A stretch of 64,000 bases of DNA from Negaprion brevirostris (Eukaryota), in the NCBI GenBank assembly GCA_030324005.1, contig JARDVH010000124.1, forward strand, positions 27,073,296-27,137,295, read 5' to 3'. The translations under genes were made by a program, and so were the position numbers. The notes below the pieces were generated by a model. That model had not been told where the DNA came from. It did not search any database and saw only the letters and a list, made by a program, of their open reading frames with translations. This document shows, in pieces, positions 56,021 to 64,000 of this stretch. How positions within the stretch are numbered: position 1 is the stretch's first letter; every line of letters begins with the position of its first letter.

Positions 56021-57559
56021 GTGAGAAATGCTTATGTTAAATATGTGTAAGGAGTTAAATGATGTTCTTGGAAATATTTTTATATAAGCTAAATTATGCT
56101 CTCAAGTTTGTGAAGGTACCTTTAACTCATAGAAATTATTTCATTGCGTTGGTTGTTTGAGCTTTGAAGGTTTGTGATCTACCAATCTGACAGAGTATAT
56201 TAAACTTAACAAAACTGAAAGCCCATCTCCTGTTTTTTCTTTTTGATGTAACATTAGGCTATGTTCTAATTTCTATTTGACTTGAGCAGTCTGTGCTGAT
56301 GTTTATCTTGTGTGAGCAATTGTCCTAATCTGTGATGCCCATTCTTTTCCTGTATTCCTTTGTTCCTCTTTCCTGCAGCCAATGTTGACATTGTCTCTGC
56401 TTTAATAACTAACTGATTGTATACTGCAGTCTCACAACCTCTATATAAAATGTTCTTTGTCCTCAACATCTTGCATTTACTCATCTATGTTCCATTGTTG
56501 TAGACTTCTTAATCTTGTTCTGGCTCTTCCATAATTTTAAACCCCTTTGCCATTCCCGCTTGTCTTTGATTTAGAATTTGGTAATCTCTGCCTCCAGCTA
56601 CATTTTAGAAGTGCAACTCATTCGTTTAAGAATCTTTTGAGCTTACAATACGAAAATCTTCCATTACAAGATTCAGGAAAACCTACACATACACATAACT
56701 TCACTGACTTTAAAACTATCTTCAAAATTGACATTAAAGGCCCTAAATTGTAAGCTAATGGGAAAGTTTCCTGAATGTCTGCTATGTTGGTTGAATTACT
56801 ATTGCAAGGTGATAAAGGTTATGGTGAAGGAACAGTAAATTAAATCACATCTGACTCTTGAGGCAAAAGCTCTGGTGTATGTTGAAGACAGGTTGCATTA
56901 CAATCACTTGGGTGTGGTGGGGGTGTCTTATGACTTCATTCTGCTCTGAGGGCTGTACTTTGGAGGAAGGTAATCCTAGAATTACTCTTGGATTGGTTTC
57001 CGACTACTGCCCCTCGTTTACACTGCATGCAATCCTATTATTGATGTTACTGAAGTGGGTTAGGGACAGTAAAGTCCACTGTTTTGATAAATTCAGTATT
57101 TAAAGATTGCATCAGATTATTTTCTAATTTAAATAAAAATGGAGGAGTACTTAAAGCAGAAAGTGATTACTAGAAACGTTCCATTTCACAACTCATGGGC
57201 CACAGCAACTTCAAAGCCCAAGTGATTTCATTATATTTACCCTCTCAATTCTTCTTGTTNNNNNNNNNNNNNNNNNNNNNNNNNNNNNNNNNNNNNNNNN
57301 NNNNNNTTTTGTTCGGTTGAGTGGCTACATAAATTATGAATGAACACTTCAGTATCCAGCAACTTTGAAAGATGAAAGTTTAGACTGTTCTGGCCTTCGA
57401 GACTCTATGGTATGCACCTATGTGGCTTGAGCTGGAAAGCATGGGTACCATATCTTCAACTTGCCCACTCTTTGAAAGGGTGTATCCCGAGGGCATTCCA
57501 GCTGGCAGTTGTATTACAATGAAGAAATTTCACTTTGTTCCTATAGGGAATAAACTGAC

Positions 57560-57840
57560 AGTAGCACGGTGGTTAGCACTGCTGCATCACAGTGCCAGGG
57601 ATTTGGGTTCGATTCCCGGCTTGAGCCACTGTCTTTGTGGAGTCTGCATGTTCTCCCCTCGTCAGCATGCGTTTCCTCTGACGGTCTAAAAGACATGCTG
57701 GTTTGGTGCATTGGCCATGCTAAATCCTCCCTCGATGTATCCGAACAGGTGCCAGAGTGTGGCGACTAGGGGATTTTCACAGTAACTTTATTGCAGTGTT
57801 AATGTAAGCATACTTCTGACACTCATAAAAAATAAATAAA
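57560..57840 (+). mobile_element. tRNA-derived SINE in BUB3 intron
   Basis: Same subfamily as 6741-7030; A-rich tail. Confidence 0.8.
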
Positions 57841-57898
57841 CTGCCAGTTTTTCCTTGATGTAAGGCACAATTCAGTTAATTTGATTTATTTTTTATAG

Positions 57899-58050
57899 AA
57901 TCTATTGTGGGTTCGCACGATGCTTCAATTCGTTGTGTTGAATACTGTCCGGAAGTGAATGTAATGGTTACGGGAAGTTGGGATCAAACAGTCAAGCTAT
58001 GGGATCCTAGAACACCTTGCAATGCTGGAACGTTTGCACAGCCAGAAAGG
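57899..58050 (+). CDS. BUB3: BUB3 third coding exon
   Basis: ttttatag acceptor; (E)SIVGSHDASIRCVEYCPEVNVMVTGSWDQTVKLWDPRTPCNAGTFAQPER; GTATGC donor; 152 nt. Confidence 0.96.
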
Positions 58051-59984
58051 GTATGCATTCATATTGTTTATAAATTAATGCTCAAATTGACTAATAAATG
58101 GACAGTTACAGTATATTTTTGTAAAAGCTATTAGCGTTATTCGCATTGGCTATTTAAAAGACCTGTCTTTCTAACTGTAATTGCCAACTATTATATGTCA
58201 CTCATGATCATTGGGCTTGTAATACCTTGAATAGGGAAGATGAAGGGTGATGTAATTGAGATGTTTTCAGTTCATTAAATGATGACAGAATGATGGAAAT
58301 CATGGATCTCTTTCCTCCTCAGAAAATTGTTGAGACTTCCAAAATCAAGATTGGTACATATTCATAAGGCAATNNNNNNNNNNNNNNNNNNNNNNNNNNN
58401 NNNNNNNNNNNNNNNNNNNNNNNNNNNNNNNNNNNNNNNNNNNNNNNNNNNNNNNNNNNNNNNNNNNNNNNNNAAGGCAAGGCAGATAGATGCTGCAACC
58501 TAGTCATAGAGTTTTGCAGCACACAGAGGCTGTTTGGCCCCTTGTGTCTGTACCGGCCATCAAGCACCTATCTAGTCTAAACAGCACTTGGTACAAAGCC
58601 TTGTACTCTATGGTGTTTTAAGTGCTTATCTAAATGCTTAAATGTTGTGAAGGTTCCTGCCTCTATGGCATTGAGATAGAGGTTCAGCCTTGATCACATT
58701 GAATGGCAGAGCAGGCTCAAAGGATGAATGGCCAACTCCACACAAATCCTATGTTCAGCATCCCAAAGCAATACCTTGAGTTAAATCTGATTACACAAGC
58801 AAGCAACTTTATTTGTTCTGGGAATCACTAACTTTTTCATTTGTGCAGCAACTCTAAAGAAATGAGGTCCCAAAAGTGCTCCTTGAAATGGAGTCAGGCA
58901 TTTAGCAAGAATGTGACATGAGGAGCAAATTATGGAAGGTGACTGAAGGATGAGAAAAGACAGATTTGTGGAAGAGAGATGCAGCTAGTTGGAGGGATTG
59001 TTGCGAAGGATGGGGTTGACCACCTTGCTGCAGAATGTCCTATTCAGTTGCACGTGCTGTATCGCCTGCCTCTCATGGAAAGTTTATGCAGAAAAATGCC
59101 TTTGACCACACGCCCATCAGTTCGTGGCCCACACACTAGCACCATCAAGAATCTGCATAAATAGGAGAAAGCATATCCTGGTCAAATGGTTCCCTCAGCA
59201 CATTCAAAATCATTTGGCAGAATGCTTCATCATCAGAACTTTCAAACAAGCACACAAACGTGGCTTGGCTGGTGGTGGGGAGGATCCTTTCTGTCAGATT
59301 CTCCCTGCACGTTTAGGGTATTAGATTTTGTTAAGATTCATCCCAAGCCATTCTAAAGGCTGTTCCTGGGGATACCCGCAGATGCATGTAAGCTGTTGTT
59401 GGAGGATGATCAACTTAGTGAAAGAAGCAGCTCTTGCTCAATCCAAAAATTGATGTATAGTGCGAGTAACTGTCAGGGACCTAGNNNNNNNNNNNNNNNN
59501 NNNNNNNNNNNNNNNNNNNNNNNNNNNNNNNNNNNNNNNNNNNNNNNNNNNNNNNNNNNNNNNNNNNNNNNNNNNNNNNNNNNNNNNNNNNNNNNNNNNN
59601 NNNNNNNNNNNNNNNNNNNNNNNNNNNNNNNNNNNNNNNNNNNNNNNNNNNNNNNNNNTGATATTATATGTTATATTTTCAGTATTGTGAAGCTCCTCAA
59701 AATATTGACACAATTTGTCCTGTATTCCACTTTGTCAAATTTTAACTGTTTTCTACTGTATGTTTACACTTTATGAATGAAATGCTTCTAGAATACAGAG
59801 ATAAGAAATCTGAAGGCTCTTGTCAGTGAGGATACAGTATATCTTGTGCTGAAGGACAGCAGGGCCAAGAGGAAGAATGCATTTATTGGCAATAATGCAT
59901 CATGATTGGAGAGAGCTGGACGATCTTGCAACTTTGAAGGGATTTATATATGAGATTGTGAATTGCAAAATACAGTCCTTCTGG

Positions 59985-60830
59985 GATTTAAAATATTCTT
60001 GCATTTAACATCAGCTGTGCTATGAAACATTCCAGCCCAAGCGACCTTCTGGTGAATTTCCTGTGCAGTCACATCCTCTCTGTAGTGTGATGACCAGAGT
60101 TGCGCACTCCACCCTAGCTGTGGCTTAATAAATGTATTATACAGGTCCAACATAATCTCCCTGCTCTTATAGTCTATGCCTCGACTAAGAGTGGCAAGTG
60201 TCCCATATGCTAGTGTCCCACCATTCGTTGTATATTCCCTTGGCTCGTTAGTCATCCCAAATTGCATCACAGCACTTTTCAGCGGTAATTTGCATTTGCC
60301 ACTGTTCTGCCCATCTGATCAGCCCATCTACATTGTCCTGTAATCTAAGGCTTCCTTTTCCACTGTTTCTCACGTTACCAGCTTTTATGTCATCTGCAAA
60401 CTTACTGATCATACTTTCTACTTTCACATCTAGATCATTAATGTACACTGCAAACAGCAAGCTGTCCAATACCGATCCCGGTGATACACCACTGGACACA
60501 GACTCCAGTCACAAAAAAAACCGTTGACCATTACCCTCTGCCTCCTGCCACTACACCAATTTTGGATGCAAATTTTCCTGTGTCTCATGGGCTCTTATCA
60601 TCTTGATCAGTCTCCCCTATGGGACCTTGTCAAAAGCTGTGCTGAAGTTGATGTAGACTACATCAACTGCACTGCCCTTATCTACACACCTAGTCATCTC
60701 TTTAAAATCTAATCAGATTTGTTAGACATGATCTCTCCGTGACAAAGCCATGCTGACTATCTTTGATTACTCCTTGCCTTTCCAAGTGGAGATCAAGTCC
60801 CTCCAGATGTTTTCAAATAATTTCTCCACC
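59985..60830 (-). mobile_element. CR1-type LINE RT remnant
   Basis: SGVSPGSVLDSLLFAVYINDLD...ISKFADDIK...WAEQWQM. Confidence 0.8.
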
Positions 60831-63800
60831 ACGAACATAACACAAAGTAGGCACAGGAGGAGACCATTCAACCTCTTGAACCTGCTGTACCATACAATAA
60901 GATTGTGGCTGATCTGTTTCTGTCCTCAGCTCTAACTTCCTGTCTATCTGCTGTAACCCTTGTCTACCTTGCAAAGCAAATCAATCTATTTGAATCGTGG
61001 AGCTGGCTAGAGAGGCAAAATCTGATGTAAAGTGATGTTGGCATTCTGTTTTCTTATGTTGAAAACCTGTAAGTCTATAGCAAACAACACTGGAGTATAA
61101 TTAAATGTATGTTTTTCCAGAGTTATTTATTGAATTCTAGTAAGAAAATCCTGTCAGCTTGGGCTAGGTAATTTTGTGAATAAGGGAAAAATGCTGGCAA
61201 TTTGAAATAAAGACAGAAAAACTGGAAATACACAGCAACGTGGTCAGCATCTTTAAGTTAATGTTGGTGCAAGACCCTGAATGCTAAAGTATTAAAGTAT
61301 ACTTGCTTTTGATTGCCATTTTAATGAATTGTAGAAAATCTTTGCTTTGTGAGGCAAGGAGAAGCTCAACTTCAGCCCACTGTCATTTTTAAGTAGATTG
61401 TATACTTCCAGGCAGCTGAGCATGTGTCGCTAAATTATATTCCACATCTGGGCAGAAAATTTTTTAATCGAGTCTGATATTATGAAAGATACGATGATAT
61501 CATTGGAGCAAAAACATAGATTTGCAGTTTTATGGTCTTTGATTTTGACCAAGTAATTTTAACATTTGATTTGCCAAGTTGTAGTATTTAGGTGAGGTTC
61601 AAACCTTGTAGATATAAGGCTTATATGGTAATATAGGTATATCTTGGGTAGTTAAAGTCTCACCTTTAAGCACCCTATTATTACTGTATTATCTACTGTA
61701 TTATCTGCTAAGTGGCTGTGAAGCCACCCCATTACTCTTAGCCTAATTTTTAGTAAGGTCTTAGTTTAAAGAAAATAGGTTGTGGTGAATGCGAGTATGA
61801 TTTATAGCATGTTAGCTTCCAAGAGCTAGTGATGAATCTGTGACAGAATGGAGTGGAACAGACAGGCACTGTCGATGGAGCTGTTTATTGGTTCACTGGG
61901 GTTCATTATGGCATCAGGTTTTTTATCTGAGTGAGTAATACTTCTCCTGATGAATGTGTGCACAAGAGTAGACTGGCAGAATCTGCATGACCCATCAGCT
62001 CTGCTGCTTGATTTATGAGTGCTTAGGAGTTAGGAAGATCACAACTTGCAGTGCAGAAAGTACCTGACCACCAGTATTTCTAAAGAACAGCAATTTGACC
62101 ATGGAGAAATAATGCTATACTTGTGGGATGCTGTTAAGAATTTCCATTATGATTCATTAATTTTTTAAATAATAAAAATTCAAGTTTGTTAATGATGTTT
62201 CAACTTCTACTTTAGCCCCATGCATACGCTTCAATCTTCATTTTGCTGTTTTTAAAAATGATGTGCTGGTTAGTGCTTTTCATTTCCTGGCAGGCTGTCT
62301 GAGAATTCTTGAATGTGATTTGCTGCTTGCGTAGTTGATATAAAAAAAATCACTGCAGATCAGCACTGGGGATTCCCATTGAACAACATTGCAATTTGCA
62401 AGGTCTGTGAGACTCTCTTTGAAGTCTGCAGGCAGCGCCTTTACTTGTTGCTGACCACAAAATCTGAGTCTTTGTCCTCAGCAATGCTTCCATCCAATAA
62501 CTATTTTGACATTTTTCTGTAAATTGGTACAACAGAATTTCATTTTTGGCAGTTGACAGATGTTTCATTTCAAAAGGCATTCAGTACTACTTTATTTATT
62601 CATGGGGTGTGGGCATTGCTGGCTAGGCCATCCCTAATTTTCCTTGAGTAGATAGTGATGAGTTGACACCTTGAACTGCTTTGCTCCCGTGTGGTGTAGC
62701 TGCACACAATGCTCAGGAATGGAGTTCTGGGATTTTGGTTTGGCAATTTATGAAAGAATGGTGATGTAATTCTAAGTCAGGACGGTGTGCAGCTTGGACA
62801 GAACTTGCAGATGGCGAGGTTTCCAACTTAAATGGTTAATCTGCACTTTTTTGTTTCATTGTGTGCCAGTGGGTTCAGCACTTGTGTGTGGTTTTCTTTG
62901 AACATTCTCCCTCTTTATGAACCTAATTACTTTTTTTGACTAAGTGCAGTTAGTACTGCAGAGAATACAAAAGCCAATGCAGCTTAGATTTCCATAGGAA
63001 TGTTGAATCTTGTTTCTAGGGGCCTTCACCTTTTTAAATTGTTTCTATAAGTTTTTATATTTTTGTGTCTAACTCTCTCCACAGTAATGAATGATTATAT
63101 GATATTAGCTCTTAATAAAGAGTTAATTTAAATGTGCACAATGGTGCCCTTACTTCGTATGCAATATTTTACTCTGTATGGCTTTGAGAATAATATGCTT
63201 CTCAATTTAAATGTTAATTTTTCACGCGTTGTTTTATGAATCATCTTAGTGCATTTAGTTGGGGTTGGTGCAAAACACCCTGATCGAGGTAATTAGTGTG
63301 TTATGTACAGTCTTATGGACATATAGGATATGTCAGTTGACTCTTAAAATCTGAACAGTTCAGTCCTATTTGTATGCTGTTATTCTATAGCATATCCATA
63401 TTTTGTGGGTGTGACATTTTAGAAGTGGCTGTTTACAATGTTTTTTGCCTCACAGTTGGATTAATTTTAAATCAGGATTTGTTGAGCTCAGCAACTTGCT
63501 CAATTTTTATCTGCAGCCACAAATAAACTTTACCTCATTCCTGAATGTTATAAGTTGCTGCTACTGTATTGTATGAACTGATTAGGATTTATCCACTAAT
63601 ATGATTTCACAAAAGCTGATCTTTTCCAAATTCCAGGCTGCACAATTCAAACAGAAGCAAGCAATGACTAAGTGTTGAGGACAAGTTGAAAGCAGTTGAC
63701 TGGGTTTTAGCATTGCATTGCCATGGCTGAATGATTACAGTTTACCCATCATAGATAATTAATGGGGATAGATAAGCTCTTGATACTTGATAAATAACTG

Positions 63801-64000
63801 GAAAGAGGAAGAACTGAAGGTAGATAAAGGAGCTGATGTCCTTGAGTTTGTATGCTTGTTGAGAATGAGTCACTTTGGCTAAATGTGCTCACGATTTTTT
63901 CACAGTACTGTTTTCTTGGACGCCAAGATATGCCTGAGCTTGAATGAACAACTATTCAGAGGGAACCTCCTCAACAATTGACCATAATAAATTTCAGATT

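Overview
Vertebrate genomic DNA with N gaps. The SINE/LINE/Penelope repeat repertoire suggests a cartilaginous fish (inference). The window holds the conserved HMX3-HMX2-BUB3 block on the + strand. HMX3 (2 coding exons, 299 aa) and HMX2 (2 coding exons, 268 aa) sit in a ~26 kb repeat-poor, CpG-retaining domain. They are followed by the BUB3 CpG-island promoter and its first three coding exons; the rest of BUB3 was not found in the window. The first 22.7 kb looks like repeats only, but hand translation of the minus strand between the repeats gives at least 7-8 segments, several splice-flanked. These align in the correct order with meckelin/TMEM67 (compared from memory) and carry stops, frameshifts and TE insertions. 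They are a candidate decayed meckelin-like paralog, divergently oriented to HMX3. Other notable items: minimal hammerhead-ribozyme motifs in Penelope-like repeat ends, two TSD-flanked 5'-inverted insertions, two local inverted duplications, and a stop-free in-frame HMX3 intron. All homology calls are by eye and need database confirmation.
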